From Klebsormidium nitens (taxonomy: Eukaryota; Plantae; Klebsormidiophyceae), in contig DF237311.1 in the NCBI GenBank assembly GCA_000708835.1, forward strand, positions 1 through 64,000: a stretch of DNA of 64,000 nt, written 5' to 3'. The notes under the pieces were generated by a model. That model had not been told where the DNA came from and did no database searches. It was given only the letters and a program-made list of their open reading frames with translations. The position numbers and the translations under genes are program-made. This document shows, one piece after another, positions 51,101 to 62,514 of this stretch (the first letter of the stretch is position 1; each line of letters starts with the position of its first letter).

Positions 51101-54100
51101 CGTTGTACCAGAAGCCCTTGCGAATGATCTTAAATTCTAAGACCCTCTAGCTGTCCGCATCGAAGATTACACTCTTTGCAGACTTTACTTTCGCATCTGA
51201 GGCCTCTGGCCTGTACGCTGGGCCGCAATACTGGTGTGAAGCCGCAATACTGGTCTGAAGCCGCTATGTGTGCAGGCGAAGGAGACTGGTGCGGACGGCC
51301 CCCCTGGCATCTTGGACGACCCTGAGGAGGCGCGCACTGCCATCGCAGCTGTGAGCGAGAATGGACTTTCTGCCCAGTACTTTCCGACCAGTACTTCTGC
51401 CCCCGACGCATCGAAACAAAAATTTGTTCACCGCATCAGATAACACGAGATTCACAAAGAGTATTTATAGGGTCTTGCCGTTGCGCACCCCTCGTCTTGT
51501 GTCGGGTTGAATACACGCTTTTGACCGCCTCCACTGCAGGAGAACCAGCCCGCTGACCACCCGACGCCTGCTCCCACGAGCGCCACGAAGAAGGCCCCTG
51601 TCAGCGACGCGTCCAAACAGCGGTAAGCGCTGCACTCGTTCTGCCAATTGCGCACGCTCTGTTTGATATCTCCCTCGTAGAATCTGCTAATGGCTCATGA
51701 GGGTCTGCGAGAAATCTTACCGATGATACTATATCCGGTCCTTTTCGAAGCCAGACTTTCGCCTTCTTTCCACTCCAGGTTTTTTCAGGCCAGACTGCGC
51801 CGCCGATTGATTGCCCGAGCTGGTTCCTTATTGATAGTTGCGGTTCCTTGCGCTCTTTGTGGTTTTTCGGAAGTTGCAAGATACACAGAACGACAGGCGT
51901 TTGCCTAGCGACTCCTAAGCCCTTTGAAACGGATGGCTGCTCTTTGACCTCTTTCATCTTGTTCTCGCGACAGCCAAAGCCGAAGTCGGGCTGCGCGATC
52001 CAGGGGTGCGCGTCCGCGGCCAAGATGCAAGATACGGAGTTCTGCAGGGACTGCTCTCAACCCGTGCACAAGGAATGCGCGCGCGTGCAGCTGAAGAAGC
52101 TATACGGAGTGCCGCGGTACGACGGGGACGTGCTGTACTGCAGCGAACATATCGCCAAATTCAACTTCCGGAAGGTCAGTTGTTCTTTAACGGGCGGAAG
52201 GTGCGCTCTCGATCTGCCTGCATTCGCTTCAAGGGTCCGTGGCGAAGTTGCCTGCTCTCCTCTTTGATAGCTCCAGAGGTTCTCATCGAGTCAACTCTGA
52301 TTAGAGGTCGGGGGAAGATCTTTAATCGAACACCCTGAAGTCTCTGAAACCTCGAGAGAGTCAGTTCTACCCTATCCTGACCCATCCAGATTTAGCTCAG
52401 AGACAAGCACGCAGCAGCCTGCCTAAGTTTCATGTGAGGGCGCGCGGCGAGTAATGTCCTGTTTTCAGTGAGAGCGTATTTACACCGGCTCAGTCTCTGG
52501 CTCACCAGCTGTTTTTACTTCCTAACACCGTATCTACCTTATTAACCCGTCAGTGAAGGTTCCGGACATGTCAGCAGAATTTGCGGATATAGGACCTACC
52601 GTTCTGAGCTTTTCTTGACAAGGGTTTGAATGGCCTGCCCAGACCCGCTTCAAGGCGACCCGTTCTCTTGTATCTAAAACGGCGCCAAATAATCTAGCTC
52701 GGCCAGTCACAGCGTGCCACGTGTCACCGCTTAACACTCTCGAGTGCCCTTCCCGTGAGTCACAGAGCTAGATTTCACGGAGATGCCAAGCCGCGCGATA
52801 ATTAAGTGTAATTTTGGTCCGAGTCACGTCTCTCTAGCGACAAATCTTTAGCACTACACACATACTTTACTTCCTTTTGCAGGGGCTCGGCGGCAAGTGC
52901 GCGCTCCCGAGTTGCGACAAGGCGGGCAACATGACCCAGCACTGCTGCAAGACCTGCCAGGCGCCGATGCACAACCTTTGCTACCAGAATTTCCTACGCC
53001 AGGAGTATGGGAAGGAGGACTTCGACGGCGGCGCCTACTTCTGCAAGGTCCACGCAGGTGCTTTGGGCTTGAAGAAGGTAAACGCGCGACACTGCTCTGT
53101 TGCTCTTAACAGGATCCCCTTGTTTGTGTCCGCTCGCATCGGGGTTTTAGAGCGCGCGGCGCGCGCGCGTTGCATAGCAGTTGTCGGGATTTTAATCTAG
53201 GGTGCGCGCGCGACAGGAGAAAGAATAGACTTCAGTGGGCGCGCGCGCCCGGCCTCGAATAAGCGAATTTTATCCAAGCTCTGCTTCGGTGCGATTGTAC
53301 CTCTTTTGTGATCTGTGCGTCTAAAATCCGCCGTTGGAAGTGCGCCAGAAAACACCCTAAAGCCATCTCTTGTCGATGTTCTGGTGTTCACTGAACTTTC
53401 CCAGCCCCCGGGTCGTTTTCGTATTGCTTCTTCTTGGCCCCTTCTTGCTGTGTGGTCGGGTGTATAATCATTCGTGACTTCACGATCAGCAGAGAATCTT
53501 CTGAATCGATCTCGCTTCCGTCTTTCCAGCTGACGACAGCATCCACGTCATCAACGGGAGTATGCGCGGAGACGCTCCTGGGCCTGTCGGAGCAGGAGGT
53601 TGATTTGCCGGTGAAGAAGCGGTCTGGGGAAAGCGGGGACGCCGGCGAGGAGCAGCAGAAGAAGCGGAAGGGGGGTGGGGACAGCATGAAGCAGGACAAG
53701 AAGAAGCGCAAAACTGGCCCGGAAGCGGAGAAGACGGACGGGGATGACGGGAAGGACAGCAAGACAGAGGAGGGGGGAAAGTCAGGGAAGGACGGAAAGG
53801 GGGGGAAAGGCGACAAACCCAGGAAGGAGCTCACGTCAGCGGAGCCAGAAACCGACCCACCCACGGAGCCGGTCGAGGACTCTGCGGCGCCGCGGCAGAG
53901 CATGCGCAAGGCGGTAAAGTATACGCTCATATGGAATGCCAGCCATGTGGTTCCGGACAAGTCAGTGGGGAAGAAGGGGGAGAAGCGGGCAAACGGGGGC
54001 GAAAAGGCCAAAAAGGGCAAGAAGAAGCGGAAGACGGCGGCCCCGGAGGACAGCGAAGATGAGATGAGCCTCGAGGGAAGCGCCGCGGAGTCCTCTGAGG

Positions 54101-55020
54101 AGGAGTCAGACGCCGAGGCGCAGACGGACCTGCCAAAGAACGGCGACTTCGAGGACCGGGACGAGAAGCTCTCGCCGGCGATGCGAAACAAGTATGAGAT
54201 GATCTGCATGAAGGGCCTGGATGTGACCCAGTCTTACAAGGTAAGAAAAGCATCTTATTTGAGGAGCCGCAACTCGACAACGGCCGGGTTGAATTGCTTT
54301 CACTGCTTTCAAATGCCACGCCAGCGGTCACCATCTGCGAAGAGCTTGGCGGTACATTATCATTACCATTAGTACCGCACATATGTTTTCAGCGGGCTGT
54401 CGTCCGCGCTTGTATCGCTTGTTAGGGGGATAACTGAGTCAAACGGAGGTTACTGACCAGATTGTGGTGGGGCTAGGTCGGGGTTAGGGCTGGTGTTAGC
54501 GGAGGCAGGGTTTTGCTTTTCTGTGTCCCTGATTATCGAGGTTTGAGAGCAAATAAAGTGGCTTACCGTCTGGTCGACAACTCTGCCGGACGATTGTCGT
54601 TCAGAGAAGTTCCTCAGAGACGTGCATTCGTGTGTTCTTATGATCCCAACCATTTCCTCGCTCGGCACACCAGTGCACGCGACACTCACAGTCTCTTCCA
54701 GTCGGCATGCTTTGATTCTCCGTTGCGCCCATTCTTGCCATAAACACCTGAATCTCGAGGGTTCAAGAAAGATTGCTGTTTGCTGACGTTTACTTTTGTA
54801 TTCGCAGCTGAGCACGGATACCCTCGTTAGCGCGATCAAGAAGCTCCAGATTCCGCACGTGTCCAAGAATCGCGAGCTGCCTGATCTGCCCCTCGAGTAC
54901 CTGCTCAAGCTGCTGGCGGAGGGGCTCATCGACAAAAAGAAGATCGTGATCAAGGGCAACAGGTGGAGGGAGGACGCGACAGAGCTGCGCAAGTCGGACA
55001 TCAGTCGACCTTTTTGTTAA
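48125..55020 (+). CDS. Transposon accessory protein: SAM-like N-terminus, tandem PHD/ePHD-like zinc fingers, K/E/D-rich region
   Basis: First exon from ATG 48125 (MTCEEFAQEVEKRL...YTKFIIEEEISGEAF...IKQGHIVILQK, SAM-like). Phase-0 exons 51974-52174 and 52883-53077 each encode C-x4-C-x10/11-C-x2-C-x4-H-x2-C-x20-C-x2-H. Further exons at 53530-54240 and 54808-55020. Small middle exons (49.5-51.6 kb) are only partly resolved. Confidence 0.72.
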
Positions 55021-55175
55021 GACTCCGGGTGAGTCACTTATACGAAGAAGGGTCCTCACTCTAGCGTGTGAGAACGGGAAAACCTGGTATTCAGAATTGA
55101 TTTGAAGACATTCCTGAAATGAGACCAGACCAGCAGTGTCGATCGACGAAGTTCCCGCGAAAACAGTCGTGTCAG

Positions 55176-55293
55176 CGTAGCGCGCGCGCGGAGTTTGTAC
55201 AGGCCGTCCCGCGCGCGCGGGGTTTCTGTCGGCGTCCCGCGCGCGCGGGGTTTGTGTCGGCGTCGCGCGCGCGCTCGCGCCAGCCGGGGTTTT
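55176..55293. repeat. CG-rich 28-bp tandem repeat downstream of the accessory gene
   Basis: CGTCCCGCGCGCGCGGGGTTT(C/G)TGTCGG at 55205-55232 and 55233-55260, plus flanking partial copies. Confidence 0.8.
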
Positions 55294-56018
55294 GAATATA
55301 CTGCTATCATCTCCTCATTACAACAATCCGTGGTTACTCGGGCACCGCGCGGGAAGGTTGGGACTTCGGTACTGCTGCGATTTTTTCTTTGTTTCGCGCT
55401 TGAGCCATTCTATAAACGTGGTTCAACGGTCTGACAGCGACAGAGGGCAGTAATTCGAGGCGCCTAGGTGCTTAGCGATACTCAGGCATCGCTCGTCTCA
55501 CAAGGGCGGAGCACTTCGCGGATCAAAGCACAGTCATCTAAAACTACTGCCTTATGTGCCCAGGAAACGAGCAGGCCAGGTTTGCAGCGAGACAGACATG
55601 CAGCGCGCAGGCGAAATATCGTGTCGATATCAAACGAAAACCTTTTTTCGCGTCGGGCATCAATCCTCTCATCCATTCGTTCTTCCGTGCATGCAGATGT
55701 ACAACGGCGTAGCGCATCAACATGAAGCTCACAGGCAGTTCAAGGCTTCCAAGAGCGTGGTAGATAGGCATCAGCTTACGCGTCAGCTGCGGCCAACGAG
55801 AAGCAGGACACATTGAGATACAAGGATATTTTCGTCGCATCCAGGTTGGAGGCCAATAGATGCAGAAAGAGCTTAGTTGTACGGGCAAGACTGAGCAAGG
55901 ATACTGAGTCTCAGGCTTAGAGGTTGCTGTAACTCCTTATGACTGCTTCGATATTGATTGATCTTTCTTAGAACTCTCTTTTCGACGTCTTCCTGCTCTT
56001 CTCTATGCGCCAGCATGT

Positions 56019-56354
56019 CCCTGCCCGCTCATGTACGATGAGTTTGCCCGGTCTAATTGCCCAGCCACTTGCCCGCACATGTGAATGCGTTCCCCGGCGT
56101 TGCTGCCCTCCCTTGAGCGCAAGCTGCCCGGTTGTACTGCCCGCTCTTGAGCGCGAGCTGCCCGTTTGTGCTGCCCGGTTTTCGTTCGCGCTGCACGGAG
56201 ATACGGGTAACCCCTGCCCGCTCGTGCTGCCCGGCCACGATCACCGGTCAAACGGCCCGCTGCCCGGATTTCGGCCGATGACCGGGCAGGAGGCCGGGGA
56301 ACGCGCTGCCCGGTGAGCTGCCCGTTAACGGGCAAACCGGTGTTCCTCCCTGTG
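56019..56354. repeat. Right subterminal TGCCCG array and TIR
   Basis: About 15 (C/T)TGCCC(G/A/T) copies, ending in the inverted TIR. Confidence 0.9.
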
Positions 56355-56957
56355 GTGGAGACCGCGTTGAGCTCTTGCTATAAACTGGTGCCTGTCAAGC
56401 TTTCCCTTGGGATAAATGTCGAGGATCTTAATTACGCAATGGTGCTCGCAGCTATTCCAATGGTGGGGATACCCGCCCTTTGCTTTGCTTACGTCGCGCT
56501 CGATGACCTTCTCTTCAAAGCCCCGCTGCCCGACCCTGGCAGCCTCAACGCCTTTCTCCAATCAAGCGGCCAGAACGTAACGCTCAGCCTCTGTACCATC
56601 AGGGACGCGTTTCAGGTCTATCTCGGTTTCTCAGACAGCTGCGACCAGGTTTTGGAGTCTCGCTATCCAGAAGCTGGCGCCTCCTTCGTGGAAATAAGGA
56701 AATACACCAAAAGACAGGCTTACAGCCATGGCTGGGAGCTAAGTGTTATCCTTTGTTTTGCTGGCATAATCTCATGCTACTCCTGGGTGCTTGCTTTCGG
56801 AGGCCTGCTTTACTACTTAGGGGGAACCGTACGCCTGCTTTGCTGTCAGCGACCTCAGGCCAAAGTGCACGATGTCGAGATGCAGGACGCTGCACTTTTA
56901 GATGATGACGACGGTAGTGACGGACTTGGTAGTGGGTCAGATCTGGAAGATTCTTGA
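56355..56957 (+). pseudogene. 3' part of the interrupted membrane-protein gene (paralog 1, single LPDP domain)
   Basis: Open frame with TM-LPDPGSLNAF...CTIRDAFQVYLGFSDSC-TM, homologous to 58365 and 62515. The reconstructed empty site gives 206 aa. Confidence 0.75.
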
Positions 56958-58364
56958 CGCGGGTGCTTACGAAACCTGAACGCGGAACTGGGTAAGGCCT
57001 CGTAAGGAAGCATGGTGGGTGAGAGCCAAAGTGACAGGTAAAAGAATAAACAAAGGTGCAAGCAAGGAGTTACAAGTGAAGAAAAAGAGCTCCCAAGCTA
57101 CCGGTTTTCAAGAGCGTTGCATAGAAAGAAAACATGAGATGCAGCGATAATTTGGGCTCGAGCGAAAAGACTATCGTGAGGATACTTTCTACTGAGGTAC
57201 ATTCAATTTGATTCTGGATGCATCTAGTCAACACGTTTAATCTGTAATACACCAACTAGTTTTCGAAGGCTATCACGAGTTTTGGTTTTTCTGGGACCCT
57301 TTCGCTGCCATCCAATCGTCACCTAGCTCATTTCGTACTAAAAGTATATTCGTATTATGGTGCTTCATTATTCTTGCCCGCTAAGCAAGAGGTGTAATCG
57401 AAGGTAGTAAACCATACATAGGCTCCTAAAGTAACCTTATGCGCTATTGTCCCTGACGTTCTATGTCCTGTACATTTTCTGCACTCAATACTTCGAAGTC
57501 TAAGTAGCATGCTTGATGTGGGCGTCTCCACTTTTAAACGATCCAATTGGTTCCAAAAGTCGTTGTTGCTGCAGAGGTAAAACATTCTTCGTTTCATGCT
57601 CATGCGGTCTGGTGCAAAATCTTCTCAATCATGGGCAGCTGTATTTTTGCGCGCAATGAGTTGGTCAATTCAGGACTGTTTATGCCATCCCTGCCGAGTC
57701 GCGGGAGTTCGAACTCAATACCACGATGTCCGTTCTCTTGCATTTTGACGTTAATCCAGAAATGAAACCGATTCCAGGATGTAACGAAACCGACGCAAGC
57801 ATCTCAAAGGCAGAACCCACATTCAACGGACACTAAGCTTTCGAATTCGAATGGAACTCTTTAACTCTCCCGGCTGGCGCTCGCCAATGGTTTCACGTAA
57901 GAACTTAAATTGTGTATGCCATACAGTATGGGCTTCTTGAAGGGTAGAGTCACCGCTTTCTTCCTGGACTGCAGCCTTCGCTAAACATGGGAACGACGTT
58001 GACCTGTTAACGTGGATCTATATCCAGATATGGGGCCGGACGCGCTCGCGCCGCGGCGCGCGGCAGGGTAAGCAAAAGCCGCGCACGCCGGCGCATCGGG
58101 GGTCGCGAAGGGCCACCGGGCGGACGTATCCGAGCGGACGCATAACCGTGACGGTCGGACGTCTTTCTGCGCGGCCGCCACGCGCAGGCCGCCCTCTTCG
58201 TCCTTCCAAAGCCTTTTCAATCCTAAGCTGGGCCAAACCATTCAGCGAACGCGAACGCGAACGCGCGACACGCGAACTTCAGCATCTAACGCGCTGCTTA
58301 CTTGCCATAGATCAAAGAAGCGGCTGGACGTACATCCTAAGACTTTAGCTGCGGTGAGGAAAGG

Positions 58365-59420
58365 ATGACGGCCTTCAAGGCTTCTGGCGTGTCACTTTGG
58401 GCTGCCAGCATTTTGGCCATTCTCTTGGCGTTTGTTCAACAAAGCGAGGCTGCAAACTTTACCGTGGAAGTGACACTTGTTCACATGAAGGTCAACGGCA
58501 CCACCAGCTTGCCTGACCCAGGTCCCCTAAACGACTTTCTCCGGCAAAACGAGAGTTTGTTCAACCAATTATTTCCAGACCCTCAGCCCCCCTTGCAGCT
58601 GCAGAAATGCAACGCAACCATATACCAGATCAACGCGTTTGAATTTTACACGCTCCAGCATCCGAGGGGGTGCGAGAGCGCACCGGGGCTCGCTAAGGAT
58701 CCTGCGCAAGAGAGAATGGTGCGCAAGTATGACAAGATTGTGGGAATCTGGGCAGTGGCCGTGTTGGCTTTGGTGATCCTCCTAGGCTGCGTGTGGCTGG
58801 TTAGCCCAAAGTTCGCTGCAGGCGTTTGCCAGTGCCTCGGAAAGATGCTAGTGCCCCCCCGTTATGGTAACCCTCAGTATAATGAAATCTGGGTGCTCGG
58901 TTTCTGCTTCCTCTTCTTATGCACCACGCTGCTTGGCTGGTTTGCAAGCTTCATCACGGGCATAGTTGTGTACGGCGCATTCATTGGCGTCAAGCACTTA
59001 GACCCAGCGAAGCTACCTGACCCAGCTAGCCTTAACCAATTCTTTTTAAACAGAAACCAAACCGCCACCCTCTACCAGTGCACAATCCGAGACATGTTCG
59101 AGGTTTACGTTGGGTTTGCTGACAGCTGCAATCAGTTGCAGAGCTGCATTTACCCGGGAGTGGCACGCAAGGATGGGCCACCCCCTTTCGCTCACGGAGG
59201 CGGAGTAACCTTCGTAATGATGATGGCATCAGTAATCACTTACGCATCCTTTCGGGGACTCTCTACTGTTGCTGCTGTTGCTGGCCGATTACTAAGAGCA
59301 CCAGGAAGGTCTTTCGCGAGCGCAAGCAGGTGCGGAGTGTCGAGTTGCGGGCTCCAGATGGGTCCGCAGTGTAGGCCGGATAGATCAGGAAAAGCGCTCT
59401 CTTTCGTCCTCTTACGTTAA
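58365..59420 (+). CDS. Intronless multi-pass membrane protein, paralog 2 (351 aa)
   Basis: Signal peptide (..QSEA/A), two internal LPDPxxLNxF...C...F...C modules, hydrophobic helices and NxT/S sequons. Confidence 0.8.
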   Translation: MTAFKASGVSLWAASILAILLAFVQQSEAANFTVEVTLVHMKVNGTTSLPDPGPLNDFLRQNESLFNQLFPDPQPPLQLQKCNATIYQINAFEFYTLQHPRGCESAPGLAKDPAQERMVRKYDKIVGIWAVAVLALVILLGCVWLVSPKFAAGVCQCLGKMLVPPRYGNPQYNEIWVLGFCFLFLCTTLLGWFASFITGIVVYGAFIGVKHLDPAKLPDPASLNQFFLNRNQTATLYQCTIRDMFEVYVGFADSCNQLQSCIYPGVARKDGPPPFAHGGGVTFVMMMASVITYASFRGLSTVAAVAGRLLRAPGRSFASASRCGVSSCGLQMGPQCRPDRSGKALSFVLLR

Positions 59421-62400
59421 TAGCGTAAGTTTCAAGAACGGCTTGCAGTTAAGGCGTTACGTATTCACGTCAGAAGTAGATTTGCTTCAGACCGGTCATG
59501 ACCTCTCGGAAACGAGTCGTAAGAACAGAGTGCAATGAAGTGAGCTTTGGCAGCATACAGGCATGATTACTTAACTTGAGTCTTGATTATTGAGGCGAGA
59601 GATCAACGCTAGAAAAGCGAGGTGAGTCATGAAAACAGAAGCGCTTCTGTGCGCTTTCTTTTAAAAGCCGTACGCTAAGCATTACCATCAGATTGGGTAC
59701 ATCATGTATACTTCTAGGTTCGAGTCTGTAGGAAGAAGTAGCAGTCCGGTTTGCGTGGCGGTCTTTGGGCCCTTGTCAAGCGTGTACAACATAAATGCCT
59801 GGCGCGTTTGGAGTTGCTATCTGTTTATGTAAGCTTTGATCATTCAAATTCATGCAATCAAGCAAAGGGCTTTGACACACTCATCCCTACCCAATGGCGA
59901 TCAAAGTGTTTCGCTTATCGTATTATGAGGTGAGGGGCTCTTGGGCTATGAGCTACTACTCCTTGAGTCGTGAAAAAGCTATGACTGCTCATGTGGTTTT
60001 GATTGCGCCACGTCTCACAACAGCTTCACGTTCCGGCTGTTTCCTGATAAGCACTCATGAATGTAATGGTATTGAGAAAGGCTCTGAATAGCTTCGAGAA
60101 CAGGATGATGCTTAGAACAAGTCCACATGCTTCGTAGGGTGGTTGTAGACTGGCGCCACCACCCAAATGCAAACCTGCTACTAAGGCTCTTTACTTGGAC
60201 TCGATACTTCTCTACATCAAACTAAAAAGCGTCAAAGTCAAAGTCATTCAAACACCAGGAAGATAACAGAATTGCATCTACAGGTTTCGCACACGCCGAT
60301 CATCATGAACGCATCATGCAGCAGAATCAGAAACGTGTATGCTTATAACGCTTGGGTAAGGTTTCACCACAGCTTTATCGAACCCTGATTCTCCAGAGCC
60401 TTTTACTTTGCAGAAACTTGATCCGTATTAGCAGATCCCGCTGTTATTGCCGTTTGCCAAGAACGGGTCCGAAAGGCAACAGCTTAATCCATTTGTCAAA
60501 CGAATTGCCGTTCAATGTTTCTGCCGCACGCCAATACAGTGAGAGCAGTGGTCCTCCAGTTCAGACTCCATTAGAGCTTCGAAACCTCCTCAAAGCTTGC
60601 GTAAATCTGTGGAAGTTTGAGTGGTAGCTTAAATGGGTCGCCCAGCTGCGCTTGTCGGAACTTTCTCATGAATTGTTCTAGTGGCCGGTTGTACCAATAG
60701 TCTGAAGAGAGCGGGGGAGAGCCACGCCATCACGTACGTCCTGAAACGCTGATAAGATCTGGGGCTCGATTTCAAAGATCTGACAAGACGGGCTTTCACA
60801 AAAACGCCGGGTTCTCAATTTCAGTATGAGGTTCCGAAAGTCACAGCAACAAAATATATCTTCAGACGTTCTGCTGTTCTGCTGACTGAGAAGTGGCCTG
60901 CAAGGGAATAGAGGGTTCCAACGCGCGAATGGTAAGGATCCTTGCAGAATGCTCAAGCCCAGCGCGCGCGCGAGCTCGGCGTGCTCGTGGCGGCCAGCGC
61001 ATCGGCCCTTGGATGCGCGGCCGCAGGTCGCGCAGGGTTTAGGAGCCTTCAAATCCACCCCGCCGCGTGCTAGCACAGAAAGATAGAAAGTGCGACCGCG
61101 ACGCCACAGAACGCGGCCACTCTCTGCTCAGCGGGGAGGCGCAAGGGAAGGCGGTCTTACTAATCATTAGTAAGAGCAAACCGGCAAACAGCCTTGGCGG
61201 CCGCTCGAGCAGGGCCCCGGGGGGGTAAACGGCTGGAAACGGCCACCCCCAGGAAAGTGAAGGCGGTGCAAAGCATGTTAAACTTCCATACTGCGACCGG
61301 ACAGCAGAGAAGCAGCCCGGACGGCGGTGACGTCAGCCAGGAAGCGATGGTGCGTCAGCTGGAGGAAACGGAGGTGAGCCGTTGATCGGAAGAGCGTTAA
61401 GCACGATACCATATTTTCCCGATTCACTGGAAACAAAAGTGTGGCGGGGTTTGCCAGATGCACGTTTTGTTATTCTTGTCCAAAACAGACGAAATGTATA
61501 ACGCGGCCTCTCTCAGGGGCGGAAACCGTTCCTGAGCGCGAACTTGTGTCCGATCAACAACCTGATTTCAAACCTGAGATATCCATTTTTGCCAGGAATC
61601 TCCACACAATGGAGATTGTCCTTCATCAGAAACCCCTCGGAAGCGCCATGTAGGTAGGATGTCCCCAAAACTTTGCTCGAGCGAAACCCACCGAAACACA
61701 TCACAGGATTCGAAGCGCCCGGCAAAGGCCTCGCACAAGCCGCGGTACACGTGGCGGTCCCCTCGGAACACCCGCGAGTACGACGACTCGAACGCGGACA
61801 GGGCCTCCACGGCGGCGCACGGGCTGCTTCAGAGTGCGGCGGGAGGTCGGCGTGGGGCGCTTCTCCTCCGTCTACCAGGTGCGCGCGCGCGCGCGCGCGC
61901 GCGGCTGCTGTGATGCCTCTCTCAGTTTCATCTCTGTATGTGGATATCCAAAGGACGCTTTGTACACTGTCTGCCTTTTCAAGGTTGTCCGCCTGTTATT
62001 GTCCCTTCTTTAGTTCTTTTTTGTTTCTACTTTCGAGAGGGCGATACTCGGACGCTTACCATGAGGTGCGCGCGCACGCGGCGCTGCGGCGTTGAGTTCG
62101 CCAGACCTTAACGCGCGAACCTACTCTGCAGACCTTTCAAAAAAGCTGAGCAGTCTCAGTCTGAGAGACGCACCGTAGAGACGACGTGATACCAGCTGTC
62201 GCCCTGAATGGGCTGGTGTTGCGCACTACACCTGTCCATTTTTAGTCATTACACTTGTCGACAGGCGGGCGCGCGCACCGCGGCCCCCACGCGGATATGC
62301 GACGGAAGCGCGGTCGCTCTCCACAGCTCATCCGAGCCGGAAGGACGCGCCGTAATGACTTGTTATAACCGGCCTTCAACCGGAGCGTCACAAACTTGAA

Positions 62401-62514
62401 CCTCTAGCATTGCAGCAAGCTCGCGAAGCACCGAAGCTGGACAAAAGCGGGTAGCGCCTGAACGTCCAAATCACAGGTCGAAAGCGCCACAAAGAAGACT
62501 CGTCCTGGGCAGCC

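Larger units (their letters stand above)
34188..56354. mobile_element. Giant EnSpm/CACTA (CMC) DNA transposon, 22,167 bp, CACAG...CTGTG termini
   Basis: Perfect 26-bp TIR CACAGGGAGGAACACCGGTTTGCCCG (34188-34213 / 56329-56354). 3-bp TSD GTG (34185-34187 / 56355-56357). Subterminal repeat arrays at both ends and an internal EnSpm-type transposase. Confidence 0.93.

Noticed and set aside
51224-51262. CAATACTG 19-bp tandem resembling the Arabidopsis VANC21 motif (YAGTATTAY)
   Set aside because: Only two imperfect copies; likely coincidence.
56313-56354. Apparent N-terminus (MSCPLTGKPVFLPV) of the 214-aa ORF
   Set aside because: GTG start inside the transposon's right end; the true 5' end is at 34167.
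60678-61910. Possible gene fragments on both strands between membrane paralogs 2 and 3
   Set aside because: No consistent exon chain or recognisable domain.
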